Assembly: GCA_963759135.1 (NCBI GenBank)
Contig: CAVWXU010000002.1
Span: 2,360-66,359, forward strand
Direction: 5' to 3'
DNA: 64,000 bases
DNA from: an uncultured Chloroflexia bacterium
GTDB taxonomy: Bacteria; Chloroflexota; Limnocylindria; Limnocylindrales; CSP1-4
In this document: positions 1-9,898 of the stretch, piece by piece
Numbering within the stretch: position 1 is the first letter of the stretch
Layout: each line of letters starts with the position of its first letter
Translations under genes and position numbers: made by a program
Notes under the pieces: generated by a model
What the model saw: the letters and a program-made list of their open reading frames with translations, nothing else
Told to the model about the DNA's origin: nothing
Databases searched by the model: none

Positions 1-1
1 C

Positions 2-487
2 GACGTGGCCAGGGTTGTCGCCTGGGTGGTGGTCACCATCGTCTACGTGGGGTGCTGGCTCGCGTTCGCGATGCTGTGCTCGGTGGTGATGCGGCGCGCC
101 GCCACCTCGGCGCTGGCCGCGATCTCCGTCTGGCTGGTGCTCACCCTGTTCGCGTCGCTCCTGACCGGCATCGTCGCGGACGCGCTGGCGCCGGTCCCGC
201 CCAGCGCAACCCTGGACCAGCAGGTCGCGAACGCGCAGCTGCAGCTGGACCTGTCGCGCATCTCGCCCGGCGAGCTGTACGCGGAGGCGACCGCGTATCT
301 GCTCGACCCGACCGTGCAGACCGTCGGGATCATCCTGCCGTCGCAGCAGCCGGCTGCTCCCTCGATCCTGCCCTTCGAGCAGAGCCTGCTGCTGGGGTGG
401 CCCCAGGGCGTCGCCCTGGTGGCGCTGACGGTGGTCTGCTTCGGTGCCGGCTACGTGGTGTTCATGCGCCAGGAAGTGCGGGCCTGA
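2..487 (+). CDS. ABC-2/NosY-like transporter permease, C-terminal fragment (5' end outside window)
   Basis: The ORF is open at the window edge. It has three hydrophobic helices (VVVTIVYVGCWLAFAMLCSVV, ISVWLVLTLFASLLTGIV, VALVALTVVCFGAGYVVF) and an FMRQEVRA tail. The family call rests on resemblance only. Confidence 0.4.
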   Translation, partial: DVARVVAWVVVTIVYVGCWLAFAMLCSVVMRRAATSALAAISVWLVLTLFASLLTGIVADALAPVPPSATLDQQVANAQLQLDLSRISPGELYAEATAYLLDPTVQTVGIILPSQQPAAPSILPFEQSLLLGWPQGVALVALTVVCFGAGYVVFMRQEVRA

Positions 488-554
488 CGAGACGTCAGGC
501 CGCCGGCGGCGCGGCCGGGCGGTCTGCTGCCCCGCCGTCGTAGCGTCGGCTGAG

Positions 555-1148
555 TCAGTCCGATGCCGCGCCGTCGCCGTAGCGCCGGCTGAGTTCGCCT
601 GCCGTCAGCCAGGCGTCGACCGATCGCAACGGGCCCCGCCCGTGCCGCAGTCGCTCTCGTCCGGCCGGGGACCACCGGACGAGCAGCCAGCGGAAGTACC
701 AGTCCTCGACGCGCTGCCAGGCCGTTCGCCGGCGCGGCCGTATCTCCCAGCCCTCGCGCGCCGCGAAACGGGCGACGATACCGGCGCCGTGGCAGGCGGC
801 GAGCCGCCCGGCCGCAGGCAGCGACGCCTCGGCCGCCGCGAGCGCCCGCATGTCGGCTCTCGCCTCGCGAAAGGCCGCGGCCACGCCGGCCCGTTGCTCG
901 AGTTCGCGCACGCGGTCGTTGCGCAGGTGGATCTCGCCCACGCGGTCGCCGGGCCGCAGGATCGTGCCGCCGCGCAGCTCGATCGCCCGTCCCCGGTGCC
1001 GTGTCTGCTCGATCCCCAGGATGCCCTCGTCGCGCAGCGGGCGAATGCCGCGGCGCCGCCGGTCCGCCGCCTCCCAGGCAGAGAGGATCGGGTCGAGGAT
1101 GCGCGGAGGAGCGCCCCGCTCGGGGCCGCTCGGTCGGCCGGGCATCAC
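555..1148 (-). CDS. hypothetical protein (Arg/Trp-rich, WYFRWLLVRW segment)
   Basis: 197-aa ORF with a GTG 1148 / ATG 1145 start immediately downstream of the 18-bp repeat array. It is co-directional with the upstream MFS gene. I cannot name any motif. Confidence 0.45.
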   Translation of the reverse strand: MMPGRPSGPERGAPPRILDPILSAWEAADRRRRGIRPLRDEGILGIEQTRHRGRAIELRGGTILRPGDRVGEIHLRNDRVRELEQRAGVAAAFREARADMRALAAAEASLPAAGRLAACHGAGIVARFAAREGWEIRPRRRTAWQRVEDWYFRWLLVRWSPAGRERLRHGRGPLRSVDAWLTAGELSRRYGDGAASD

Positions 1149-1161
1149 GTCGGTCGGCTGA

Positions 1162-1233
1162 GCATCAGACCGACGCCGAGCATCAGACCGACGCCGGGCA
1201 TCAGACCGACGCCGGGCATCAGACCGACGCCGG
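1162..1233. repeat. tandem repeat, 4 x 18 bp (GCATCAGACCGACGCCGR)
   Basis: Read directly: copies at 1162-1179, 1180-1197, 1198-1215 and 1216-1233. The MFS stop codon (1219-1221) lies inside the array. The rest fills the gap to the next gene start. Confidence 0.9.
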
Positions 1234-2604
1234 CACCGGAGCCGGCTCGTGCACGTGGGTCACCGTCCAGGCGCCAACCGCGAACTCGATGGCGGCGAGC
1301 ACGAAGACCGCCCGGTACCCGGCGCCGAAGCTGGCGCGGTTGACCAGGTCCGCCACGGGCCCGCCGATGGCGACCGCCAGTACCGCCGAGGCTGCGGTGA
1401 CCGTGTTGGACAGCCCGAGATAGCGGCCGGCTTCCTCGGACGGCGCGACGTCGGTCAACAGCGCCCAGTCCGCCGACAGGAAGATGCCCATCGCCATGCC
1501 GAACGGGATGGCGATCGCGAACAGCTGCAGGTAGGACGTCGCGACGACGAAGAGCGCGGCCCCCACGGCCCCGGAGATCGCGCTCCACTTGACCGCGCGC
1601 ACCCGCCCCCACCGGGCCGTCATCGCGCCGCCGGGGATGGCGGCGAGCAGGGCCACCAGGACCACTGCGCCGGCGAGCGGCGCGACGAGGGTGCCGGCGC
1701 GGCTGCCGAGCCCGATCGAGTCCTCCAGGTAGTAGTAGACGAACGGCTGGAGCGTGCCCGTCGCCATCAGGATGGCGAGCCGGGACACGAGCAGCCACAG
1801 GTAGTCGCGCTGCTCGAGGACGTCCCGCCCCCACACCTCGACGACCGTCGTTCGCACGGCGCGCCTCCAGCGGACGGGATCCGCCAGCGAGGCGAGGGCC
1901 GCCGGGCGCAGTCGCGTCGAGACCCCCGGGGCTGCCACCGAACGTCCCTCTCGCTCCGTGACCCCCGCGAGCGTGATGACCGTACCGAGCCCGAGGCTCG
2001 CCGCGGCGAACAGGATCGACAGCCCGACGTGTCCAGAGACGGCGAACAGTCCGGCGATCGCGACGCCGATCACCTGGCCGGCCATCTGGGCGCCACCGAG
2101 GAACCCGGAGGCCAGACCGCGGCGGCCGTGGGGCACGAGGTCGGGAAGGAGCCCCTGGTACGGCCCCTGGGCGGTGTTCGATGCGACCTCGACCAGCAGC
2201 ATCACGACCAGGATCGCCCAGTACGAGTGGGACATGGCCAGGGCTACCAGCAGCACCAGCTGGACCGAGACGCCGAGCAGCATCAGCGGACGCCGCCGCC
2301 CCCACGGCGTGACGAGCCGGTCGCTGGCTGCTCCAGAGATCGGCTGGACCACGATCGCCACCAGCGCCTGGAGGCCGGCGATGAGCGACAGCGCCGACGT
2401 CTTGACCGCGGCCGGTACGAGCTGTTCGACGAGCTGCGGGAGGACGATGGTCGTCAGCGCGCCCCAGGTGACCGACAGCCCGAAGTAGTAGGCCGTGAGG
2501 ACGGAGAGCGAGCCAGCGCCCGGTTCCCTCGCGGCGGCAGATGCGGCAGATGCGGCAGTCGGCGGGGCGGCGTCACCCTGGAATGGCTCGCCCCGGTTCT
2601 CCAT
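1219..2604 (-). CDS. MFS transporter
   Basis: 461 aa with about 12 hydrophobic helices and an MFS-like loop DRLVTPWGRRRP after TM2. It starts 13 bp downstream of the ackA stop. Confidence 0.8.
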   Translation of the reverse strand: MENRGEPFQGDAAPPTAASAASAAAREPGAGSLSVLTAYYFGLSVTWGALTTIVLPQLVEQLVPAAVKTSALSLIAGLQALVAIVVQPISGAASDRLVTPWGRRRPLMLLGVSVQLVLLVALAMSHSYWAILVVMLLVEVASNTAQGPYQGLLPDLVPHGRRGLASGFLGGAQMAGQVIGVAIAGLFAVSGHVGLSILFAAASLGLGTVITLAGVTEREGRSVAAPGVSTRLRPAALASLADPVRWRRAVRTTVVEVWGRDVLEQRDYLWLLVSRLAILMATGTLQPFVYYYLEDSIGLGSRAGTLVAPLAGAVVLVALLAAIPGGAMTARWGRVRAVKWSAISGAVGAALFVVATSYLQLFAIAIPFGMAMGIFLSADWALLTDVAPSEEAGRYLGLSNTVTAASAVLAVAIGGPVADLVNRASFGAGYRAVFVLAAIEFAVGAWTVTHVHEPAPVPASV

Positions 2605-2617
2605 CCCCGCGCGCCGG

Positions 2618-3715
2618 CTATCGATCTCCGAGCAGGTCGCGGACCTCGTGCGCGATCTGCAGGTCCTCTCGAGCCGCGATGACGAGCGTCGCGACGCGCG
2701 CTCCCTGCGCCGAGATGTCGCGATCTCCGGTGCCGCTCCGGTTGGAGTCTTCGTCGAGTGTCACGCCCAGGAACCCGAGCCCTGTCGCGGCGTGCCCGCG
2801 GATCTCGAACGAGTTCTCCCCGACCCCTCCCGTGAAGACGAGCACGTCGAGGCCGTCCATCGCCGCTGCCATCCGCGCGATCTCGCCGCGGAGCCGGTGC
2901 AGGTACACGCCCAGGGCCGTCGCCGCCACCTCGTCCCCGCGCCCGGCACGCTGCAGGATGGCCCGCATGTCGGCCGTGCCGGTGAGCCCGACCAGGCCCG
3001 AGCGGTGCTCGAGCGCTGCCGCCAGCTCCGCCGGCGGCAGGCCGACGTGCTCCTCCAGCCAGAGCACGAGCCCCGGGTCGACCGACCCGGACCGCGTGGC
3101 CATGACCAGGCCCTCCAGCGGCGTGAAGCCCATGGTCGTGTCCACGGAGTACCCGCCCGCGACCGCAGCGAGGGATGCCCCGGCCCCCAGGTGGCAGGTC
3201 ACGATGCGCAGGTCCTCGACCGGTCTGCCGACCAGCCGGGCGGCCTGTCGCGAGGCGTAGGCGTGCGAGAGTCCGTGGAAGCCGTAGCGCCGCAGGTCCC
3301 AGCGCTCGCGCCACTCCGCAGGGAGCGCATAGGTGGCCGCTTCGGGCGGGATCCGGGCGTGGAACGCGGTGTCGAAGCACGCGACGGCGGGAACGTCCGG
3401 GATGGCTCGGCTGACGACGTCCAGCGCCGCCAGCGACTTCGGCTGGTGGAGCGGCGCCAGGTCCGTGAGCGCCTCGAGCCGCGCGCGCACGGCGGCGTCG
3501 ATACGGATCGGCGCCGAGTAGATCCGGCCGCCATGGACGATGCGATGCCCGACGGCGTCGATCGATCCGAAGGACTCGAGGGCGGGCGCCACTGCCGCCT
3601 CGTCCGCGTGGCCCCGGGGCGCCGGCAGATCGGCCGTCCCGGCGATGCGATCGTCGGCATCCAGGACGCGCAGCTTCAGGCTGCTGGAGCCGGCGTTGAC
3701 CACGAGCACGCGCAT
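2618..3715 (-). CDS. ackA: acetate kinase
   Basis: The N-terminus MRVLVVNAGSSSLKLRVLD and the full-length acetate/propionate kinase pattern are present. A GGAGGG RBS precedes the start, which lies 13 bp after the phosphoketolase stop. Confidence 0.95.
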   Translation of the reverse strand: MRVLVVNAGSSSLKLRVLDADDRIAGTADLPAPRGHADEAAVAPALESFGSIDAVGHRIVHGGRIYSAPIRIDAAVRARLEALTDLAPLHQPKSLAALDVVSRAIPDVPAVACFDTAFHARIPPEAATYALPAEWRERWDLRRYGFHGLSHAYASRQAARLVGRPVEDLRIVTCHLGAGASLAAVAGGYSVDTTMGFTPLEGLVMATRSGSVDPGLVLWLEEHVGLPPAELAAALEHRSGLVGLTGTADMRAILQRAGRGDEVAATALGVYLHRLRGEIARMAAAMDGLDVLVFTGGVGENSFEIRGHAATGLGFLGVTLDEDSNRSGTGDRDISAQGARVATLVIAAREDLQIAHEVRDLLGDR

Positions 3716-3728
3716 CGGGCCGCCCTCC

Positions 3729-6113
3729 TCAGTACGGCCAGGTCCAGTCGCGGACCTCGGGCAGGTCGTCGCCCTCGAGCCGGGTGTACGCGCGGGCCTG
3801 GAGCCGCCGGTCGGCCATCAGCTGGCGCACGTGGCCGGCCCGCGACGCCAGCCCCGGCACCCGGTCGATGACGTCCATCACGAGGTGGAAGCGGTCGAGG
3901 TCGTTGAGCATCACCATGTCGAACGGGGTGGTGGTGGTGCCCTCCTCCTTGTAGCCGCGCACGTGGATGTTGGCGTGGTTGCGGCGGCGATACGTCAGCC
4001 GGTGGATGAGCCAGGGGTAGCCGTGGTAGGCGAACACCACGGGGCGATCGGTCGTGAAGAGCGAGTCGAACTCGCTGTCCGTGAGGCCGTGGGGGTGCTC
4101 GGTCGAGGGCTCCAGGCGCATCAGGTCGACCACGTTCACCACGCGTACCTTCAACTCCGGGAGGTGCTGGCGCAGGAGGTCCACCGCCGCGAGCGTCTCG
4201 AGCGTCGGGGTGTCGCCGCAGCAGGCCATGACGACGTCGGGCTCGCCGCCCTGGTCGTTGCTCGCGAACTCCCAGATGCCCAGGCCGCGCGTGCAGTGGA
4301 GGACGGCCTGGTCCATGGTGAGCCAGTCGAGCGCGGGCTGCTTGCCGGCCACGATCACGTTGACGTACTGGCGGCTGCGCAGGCAGTGGTCGGCCACCGA
4401 GAGCAGGGTGTTCGTGTCGGGCGGCAGGTAGACGCGGATGACCTCGGCCTTCTTGTTCACCACGTGGTCGATGAAGCCCGGGTCCTGGTGGCTGAACCCG
4501 TTGTGGTCCTGGCGCCAGACGAGCGAGCTCAGCACGTAGTTGAGCGAGGCGATGGGGCGGCGCCAGGGGATGCCGTTCGTGACCTTCAGCCACTTGGCGT
4601 GCTGGTTGAACATCGAGTCGACGATGTGGATGAACGCCTCGTAGCAGTTGAAGAGGCCGTGCCGACCGGTCAGCAGGTAGCCCTCCAGCCAGCCCTCGCA
4701 GAGGTGTTCGGAGAGGACCTCCATGACGCGCCCGGCGGGGGCGAGGTGGTCGTCGGTGGGCAGGATCTCTCCCTCGAAGGCGCGGTTCGTCGCCTCGAAC
4801 ACCGCGCCCAGCCGGTTCGAGGCGGTCTCGTCGGGGCCGAAGAGGCGGAACGTCTCGGGGTTGCGCACGATGATGTCGCGCAGGAACGCGCCGAGGACGC
4901 GGGTCGCCTCGCTCTGGCTCGTGCCCGGTCGGTCGGCCGGGACCGCGTAGTCGCGGAAGTCCGGCATGACCAGGTCGCGCAGCAGGAGGCCGCCGTTGGC
5001 GTGCGGGTTGGCGCTCATGCGCTGCCAGCTGCGGGGCGGCAGCGCCGCCAGCTCGGGGATGAGGGCCCCCGACTCGTCGAACAGCTCCTCGGGGCGGTAG
5101 CTCTGCAGCCAGCGCTCGAGGAGGGCGAGGTGCTCCGGGTTGCCGCGCACCTCGCTCATGGGCACCTGGTGGGAGCGCCACGTGCCCTCCGTGAGCAGGC
5201 CGTCGACCTCCTTCGGGCCGGTCCAGCCCTTGGGCGTGCGGAGCACGATCATCGGCCACGTGGGTCGAGCGGCCTCCCCGCGCTCTCGGGCCGCGCGCTG
5301 GATGTCGTGGATCTCCCGCACGCAGTCGTCGAGGACCGCCGCCAGGCGCTGGTGGACCGCCGGTGGGTCGTCCCCCTCGACGAAGTACGGGTGGTACCCG
5401 TGGCCCTCGAAGAGCGCCTGCAGCTCCGCGTGGGGGATCCGAGCGAGCACGGTGGGGTTGGCGATCTTGTAGCCGTTGAGGTGCAGGATGGGCAGGACGG
5501 CGCCGTCGGTGACGGGGTTCAGGAACTTGTTGCTCTGCCAGGAGCCCGAGAGCGGGCCCGTCTCGGCCTCGCCATCACCCACCACGGCGCACACGAGGAG
5601 GTCGGGGTTGTCGAAGGCGGCGCCATAGGCGTGAGAGAGGGCGTAGCCAAGCTCGCCGCCCTCGTGGATCGACCCCGGCGTCTCGGGCGCCACGTGGCTG
5701 GGGATCCCGCCCGGGAAGGAGAACTGGCGGAAGAGCTTCCGCAGCCCGTCCGCGTCCTGCCCGATGCTGGGGTAGACCTCGCTGTACGTGCCCTCGAGGT
5801 AGGCGTTGGCGACGATGCCGGGGCCGCCGTGGCCAGGGCCGATCACGTAGATCGCGTCGAGGCCCCAGTTGCGGATGACGCGGTTCATGTGCGCGTAGAT
5901 CAGGTTCAGACCGGGCGTCGTGCCCCAGTGGCCGAGCAGGCGCGGCTTCACGTGCTCGGGGCGCAGCGGCTCGCGCAGCAGAGGGTTGTCGAGCAGGTAG
6001 ATCTGGCCGACGGAGAGGTAGTTCGCCGCGCGCCAGTAGGCGTCGATCAGGCGCAGCTCGTCGTCGGAGAGAGGTCCGCGAGCGGCCGGAGGTGTGGTGG
6101 CTGTGTCCTGCAT
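3729..6113 (-). CDS. xfp: xylulose-5-phosphate/fructose-6-phosphate phosphoketolase
   Basis: I trimmed the track ORF to ATG 6113 ([20 protein letters not shown]). Motifs [25 protein letters not shown] and EGGELGY are present. The 794-aa length is typical of XFP. Confidence 0.95.
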   Translation of the reverse strand: MQDTATTPPAARGPLSDDELRLIDAYWRAANYLSVGQIYLLDNPLLREPLRPEHVKPRLLGHWGTTPGLNLIYAHMNRVIRNWGLDAIYVIGPGHGGPGIVANAYLEGTYSEVYPSIGQDADGLRKLFRQFSFPGGIPSHVAPETPGSIHEGGELGYALSHAYGAAFDNPDLLVCAVVGDGEAETGPLSGSWQSNKFLNPVTDGAVLPILHLNGYKIANPTVLARIPHAELQALFEGHGYHPYFVEGDDPPAVHQRLAAVLDDCVREIHDIQRAARERGEAARPTWPMIVLRTPKGWTGPKEVDGLLTEGTWRSHQVPMSEVRGNPEHLALLERWLQSYRPEELFDESGALIPELAALPPRSWQRMSANPHANGGLLLRDLVMPDFRDYAVPADRPGTSQSEATRVLGAFLRDIIVRNPETFRLFGPDETASNRLGAVFEATNRAFEGEILPTDDHLAPAGRVMEVLSEHLCEGWLEGYLLTGRHGLFNCYEAFIHIVDSMFNQHAKWLKVTNGIPWRRPIASLNYVLSSLVWRQDHNGFSHQDPGFIDHVVNKKAEVIRVYLPPDTNTLLSVADHCLRSRQYVNVIVAGKQPALDWLTMDQAVLHCTRGLGIWEFASNDQGGEPDVVMACCGDTPTLETLAAVDLLRQHLPELKVRVVNVVDLMRLEPSTEHPHGLTDSEFDSLFTTDRPVVFAYHGYPWLIHRLTYRRRNHANIHVRGYKEEGTTTTPFDMVMLNDLDRFHLVMDVIDRVPGLASRAGHVRQLMADRRLQARAYTRLEGDDLPEVRDWTWPY

Positions 6114-6253
6114 GCTGCATTGCCTCTCGCGGGATGGGCGGGTCGTCGAAACCGCCGGCGTGGAGCCCCCGACCGTTTCTCCGCCGGTCGAGGGCGCACC
6201 GGACACGTCGAGTGTACCCGCGCGCAGCCGATCCTCCAGCGGTCCTCCGGCGG

Positions 6254-7069
6254 CTACGGGACGATGGCCACCAGGCAGGTGGGGCCGCCGTCGGCGCGCG
6301 CGAACTCGTCGAGGCCCACCTCGACGACCGACTCGCCGGCCCCGGCCAGCAGCTGCCGCGTCTGCGGGTGCCCGCCGGCCATGAAGACTCGACCGCCGAC
6401 GGCGAGCACGTTGGCCGCCGCGGCCTCGTCGTCCGGGACCGCGAGCCGCTCGACCTCGTCCTCGGGCGCCGACCCGGGCGCCCCGTCGAGGGATGCGAAG
6501 CCCGCGGCCGTGCCGAGGAGCCGCCGCGGACCGAGCGGCGTGACCGCCGTGGCGAGGTGGAGGCGGTCGACGACAGGGCACAGGAATGCGTGGTAGCCGA
6601 GAGCCCCAACCGCCAGCGCGAGCTGACCGGCGCCGCAGACGTTGGTGCGCCCGGAGACGCCGATGGCGATGCGATCCCCGTAGACGATCACGTCCCCGCC
6701 GTCCAGCGTCCCGAGTTCCTCGATCTCGACGAGCGCGGCCTCCGGCGCCAGCGCCCGGGCCAGGGCGACCACGGACGCGACCTCGGCGCGACGCGACGTG
6801 GCTCCGGGCCGGGTCGCGACGAGGAGGGCGGCCGGGCCGTCAGGGTCGCCGGCGCGAGGCAGCGCGATGAGCGTGTCGGAGACGAACGTCGCGTCGGGGA
6901 GCGCGGGCTCGGGCGGGAGGGCCGCGATGTCCATGCCTGCCGCGGCGAGGGCGGCCACGAACCCGCGGTGCTCGGCAAGGGCGTGCGCCGGGTCGATCAG
7001 GGCGCGCTCCGGGTGGCCGGAGATCGCATGCCGGAACGCCTCGGACGGCTCGCGAACGATCACGTGCAT
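6254..7069 (-). CDS. dimethylarginine dimethylaminohydrolase / amidinotransferase-family protein
   Basis: 271 aa with a DDAH-like N-terminus ([12 protein letters not shown]...) and the C-terminal catalytic Cys context [10 protein letters not shown]. Confidence 0.7.
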   Translation of the reverse strand: MHVIVREPSEAFRHAISGHPERALIDPAHALAEHRGFVAALAAAGMDIAALPPEPALPDATFVSDTLIALPRAGDPDGPAALLVATRPGATSRRAEVASVVALARALAPEAALVEIEELGTLDGGDVIVYGDRIAIGVSGRTNVCGAGQLALAVGALGYHAFLCPVVDRLHLATAVTPLGPRRLLGTAAGFASLDGAPGSAPEDEVERLAVPDDEAAAANVLAVGGRVFMAGGHPQTRQLLAGAGESVVEVGLDEFARADGGPTCLVAIVP

Positions 7070-7073
7070 CCGC

Positions 7074-7457
7074 TCAGCCCTCCAGGATGGGCCGTGCCTT
7101 CTCCGGGTCGTCGACGACGAACGCGAACATCGCGCGGTCGCCCCAGCGGCCGATGAACAGGTGGCCGAGGATGTTGACGCCGGCGTCGGCCAGCCGCCGC
7201 GCGATCGTTGCCATGCCGCCCGGCCGATCGTCGACCTCGGCCAGAAGGGACTCGCCTTCGAAGTAGGTGTATCCGCCTTCGTCGAGCACGCGCCGGGCCA
7301 TGTCGTCGTCGGCGGTCGTGAGGATCACGTGCCCCGCGCCGCCGAGCCCACCGCCCCCGATGGCCCGCAGGTCCACGTCGCGAGCGGCGAGTGCCTCCGC
7401 GAGCGTCGCCAGGGCGCCCGGCTCGTTCCTGAGCTGGACGATGAACTGCTGGGCCAT
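7074..7457 (-). CDS. ACT domain-containing protein
   Basis: 127 aa with two ACT-like units (VQLRNEPGALATLAEALA; VDDRPGGMATIARRLA). Its stop lies 4 bp before the DDAH-like start. Confidence 0.7.
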   Translation of the reverse strand: MAQQFIVQLRNEPGALATLAEALAARDVDLRAIGGGGLGGAGHVILTTADDDMARRVLDEGGYTYFEGESLLAEVDDRPGGMATIARRLADAGVNILGHLFIGRWGDRAMFAFVVDDPEKARPILEG

Positions 7458-7521
7458 GGCTCCCTCCGCGGATACGTCCCGACCGGTATGCTGCCCGGCG
7501 ACCGGGAATGCAGGCTCGATT

Positions 7522-8457
7522 CTATGGGCCGCGCAGGACGAGCATGTGCTGGTGCACGATGTTCGGGACGAAGGCGTGCGGGTAGCCGTACGGGCGCAGC
7601 CGCGTCCCCGCCTGGTACCACACGATGTCGCCCTTGGTCACGAAACCGGCGATTTCCGCGCGCGCAGCAAGATCCGAGGCCGTGAACCGGTACCGGCCCT
7701 CCTGGTACGCGTCGCGGACGATGATGACGGCGTAGCGCCGCGCCCGGAGTACCCGTCGCAGCTCTGCAAACACCAGCTCCATGCGGTCGAGATACTCGCC
7801 GTACGAGCCGCTGTTCGCGAGGTCGGCGTCCGATTCGGTCAGCATGGCGTAGTCGGTGCGCCGGTTCGCATAGGCTTCGCTCAGCGGCCCGCCGGACATC
7901 GTCATGCGGAGCTGCGGGTTGTACGGCGGGTCCGTCGCGACAAAGTCGACCGTCGCCGCCGGCAGGACCGCCAGGCGTTCCAGCGCGTCGCCCACCTCCA
8001 TCCGGCAGCCCGACGGGTCGAACGGCCGGTGGCCGGCCGGGTCTGACGGGCCCAGGTCGGCGAGCTCGGGGCCGATCCCGCCCCGCTCCGCCAGTGCAGC
8101 CCGCACCACCGCCTCGTAGATCGACGCCCACCGAGGATCCAGCTCGATCCCGTGTGCGCGGCGCGGCGCCCTGCAGATCGCGGCCCCCAGGAGGGTGCCG
8201 CCCACGCCGGCGAACGGATCGAGGACGAGCTCACCCCCCCGGGTGAAGAACTCGATCAGGCGCGCCATGAGGCGCGGCGGCTTGTTGGCTCCGTGGGCCC
8301 TGCGCTCGGCGTGCCCGAGCTCGGACGGATACGCGGTGGTCCACAGCGACTTCGTGAAGTACAGCCACTCCTCGCCCGACAGCTCGTTCAGGTCGTTGGC
8401 CGGGTGGACGGAGCCCCCGATCGGCCCCGTCCCGCGCGGATCCGGGCGGGCGCTCAT
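7522..8457 (-). CDS. DNA methyltransferase (N6-A/N4-C type, motif order I before IV), no adjacent restriction gene
   Basis: I trimmed to ATG 8457 (MSARPDPRG). The AdoMet motif VLDPFAGVGGT is followed about 85 aa later by VATDPPYN, and RVLRARRYAVIIV resembles motif VIII. The start overlaps the MFS stop (ATGA at 8454-8457). Confidence 0.8.
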   Translation of the reverse strand: MSARPDPRGTGPIGGSVHPANDLNELSGEEWLYFTKSLWTTAYPSELGHAERRAHGANKPPRLMARLIEFFTRGGELVLDPFAGVGGTLLGAAICRAPRRAHGIELDPRWASIYEAVVRAALAERGGIGPELADLGPSDPAGHRPFDPSGCRMEVGDALERLAVLPAATVDFVATDPPYNPQLRMTMSGGPLSEAYANRRTDYAMLTESDADLANSGSYGEYLDRMELVFAELRRVLRARRYAVIIVRDAYQEGRYRFTASDLAARAEIAGFVTKGDIVWYQAGTRLRPYGYPHAFVPNIVHQHMLVLRGP

Positions 8458-9809
8458 CCCGGAAGGCCGGCGTCGGCGGGATCGACGATCGGGACGGCGC
8501 GCGCCCGCCGCGACAGCCAGAGGAGGGCGACCGCCGACACGAGCCCGCCTGCGGTCATGAGGAGCCACGGAACCGGCTCCGGCAGGACGTCGAGGGCCAG
8601 GCCGCCGAGTGGCGGTCCGATCCCCGAGCCGAGACCCGCCGCGGCGCCGAACGCGCCCTGGTACCGCCCTCGCAGGGGCAGCGGCGAGAGGTCGGACACG
8701 TACGCCGGCTCGACCGGGAACACGAGCATCTCTCCGGTCGTGGCCAGCATGACGACGCCCGCCAGCACGACGGTCGTCAGCCCCGGGGCGTGCGCCGCCG
8801 ACACGGCGAGGTAGGCGAGCGAATAGGCGACCATGCCGAGCGCCATCGTGGTGGGCTTGGCCCACGATTCGGTCATGGTCGACACGCGCAGCTGGAAGAG
8901 GACGATCACCAGGCCGTTGAGTGCGAAGAGCAGGCCCCAGGTCGCCGTGGACACGCCGAGGTCTCGGCTGGCGTGGATCGGCAGCGTCGACACCCACTGG
9001 AACTCGGTCCCGTGGATGACCACCGCGATCGCGAGAAACGCCAGGAACAGCGCCCGCGCGTCGACGCGGAGGGGCACCGCCTCGCGCAGTTGCCGCGTGT
9101 CGTGCGGCCCGAGCGCCTCGAACCCCTCGTGGACGGCGGCGCCGTGCACGACGTCGATCGGGGAGCCGGCGTGCGAGTCCGCAGGGCCCGCCACCTGCAG
9201 GACCGGCCGCGTTTCGGGCAGGGCGACCACGAGGATCGCCGTGTACGCGAGCAGGATCGCCCCGGCCACGGTGAACAGCAGCGGATAGCCGAGGGTCGTC
9301 AGCCCCGCCCCGATCGACGGGCCGGCGATCCATCCGACGCTCGCCGCGACGCCCAGCAGTCCGTACGCCCGCGGCCGGCGCTGCTCCGGCACGACGTCGG
9401 CGACGGCCGCCCGGGCGGCCGGGACGAAGGCCGGGTCGACGATCCCGAGCACCAGCGTCAATGCTGCGAGCCCGGCCAGGTCGTGCACCTGTCCCATGGC
9501 GATGATCGTCAGGGACGTGAGCGCGATCGACGCGATCATGACCCCGCGGCGTCCCACACGATCGGCCAGCCACCCGCCCACCGCGTTGGAACCGATCGAC
9601 GCGATCGAGTACAGCCCGAGCACCAGGCCGGACTGCGTGGCCGTGGCCCCGAGGACCGAGGTCAGGTAGATCGTGAGGAAGGGGAACACCAGGCTGAACC
9701 CGAAGCTCGCGACGAGGTCGCCGACCGCCAGCACGAGGACGGCGCGGTCGAACTCCTGGCGCAGCTCGCGGAACGCCCCGAGGGGCCCCCGGCGGAGGAG
9801 GGAGGTCAT
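8454..9809 (-). CDS. MFS transporter
   Basis: 451 aa with 12-14 hydrophobic helices and a GWLADRVGRRGVM loop (MFS signature). Confidence 0.85.
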   Translation of the reverse strand: MTSLLRRGPLGAFRELRQEFDRAVLVLAVGDLVASFGFSLVFPFLTIYLTSVLGATATQSGLVLGLYSIASIGSNAVGGWLADRVGRRGVMIASIALTSLTIIAMGQVHDLAGLAALTLVLGIVDPAFVPAARAAVADVVPEQRRPRAYGLLGVAASVGWIAGPSIGAGLTTLGYPLLFTVAGAILLAYTAILVVALPETRPVLQVAGPADSHAGSPIDVVHGAAVHEGFEALGPHDTRQLREAVPLRVDARALFLAFLAIAVVIHGTEFQWVSTLPIHASRDLGVSTATWGLLFALNGLVIVLFQLRVSTMTESWAKPTTMALGMVAYSLAYLAVSAAHAPGLTTVVLAGVVMLATTGEMLVFPVEPAYVSDLSPLPLRGRYQGAFGAAAGLGSGIGPPLGGLALDVLPEPVPWLLMTAGGLVSAVALLWLSRRARAVPIVDPADAGLPG

Positions 9810-9852
9810 CCCCCGGAGAGTAGCGCAGCGGATGTCCGGGCTCGCGTCGGTG

Positions 9853-9897
9853 CTCGTATCCGCGCGGCTTGTATCCGCGTGGCTCGTATCCTTTCGC
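9853..9897. promoter_or_regulatory. 3 x 15-bp direct repeats (CTYGTATCC...) in the divergent MFS/LuxR intergenic region; candidate operator
   Basis: Read directly: CTCGTATCCGCGCGG, CTTGTATCCGCGTGG and CTCGTATCCTTTCGC. The array ends 1 nt before the ATG of the LuxR-family gene. Confidence 0.3.
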
Positions 9898-9898
9898 C

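Noticed and set aside
1162-1233. Possible CRISPR array. The same question applies to the other tandem arrays at 9853, 40283, 40889 and 58226.
   Set aside because: The repeats are directly adjacent with no spacers, the units are only 15-18 bp, and there are at most 4-5 copies. These are simple tandem repeats, and no cas genes are in the window.
3540-6596. 1018-aa ORF on the plus strand. Similar giants are at 9806-12814 (-), 26526-29651 (-), 47480-49669 (-), 7522-10023 upstream part, and 22704-24458 upstream part.
   Set aside because: They lie antisense to, or are 5' extensions of, genes with clear motif support (xfp, LuxR, HD/pnt, gltD-like). Their translations are Arg/Pro/Gly/Ala-rich low-complexity sequence typical of stop-poor off-frames in about 70% GC DNA.
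7522-8457. A restriction-modification system around the methyltransferase.
   Set aside because: The flanking genes are an ACT-domain protein and an MFS transporter, and no endonuclease-like ORF is found on either strand. It is treated as an orphan methylase.
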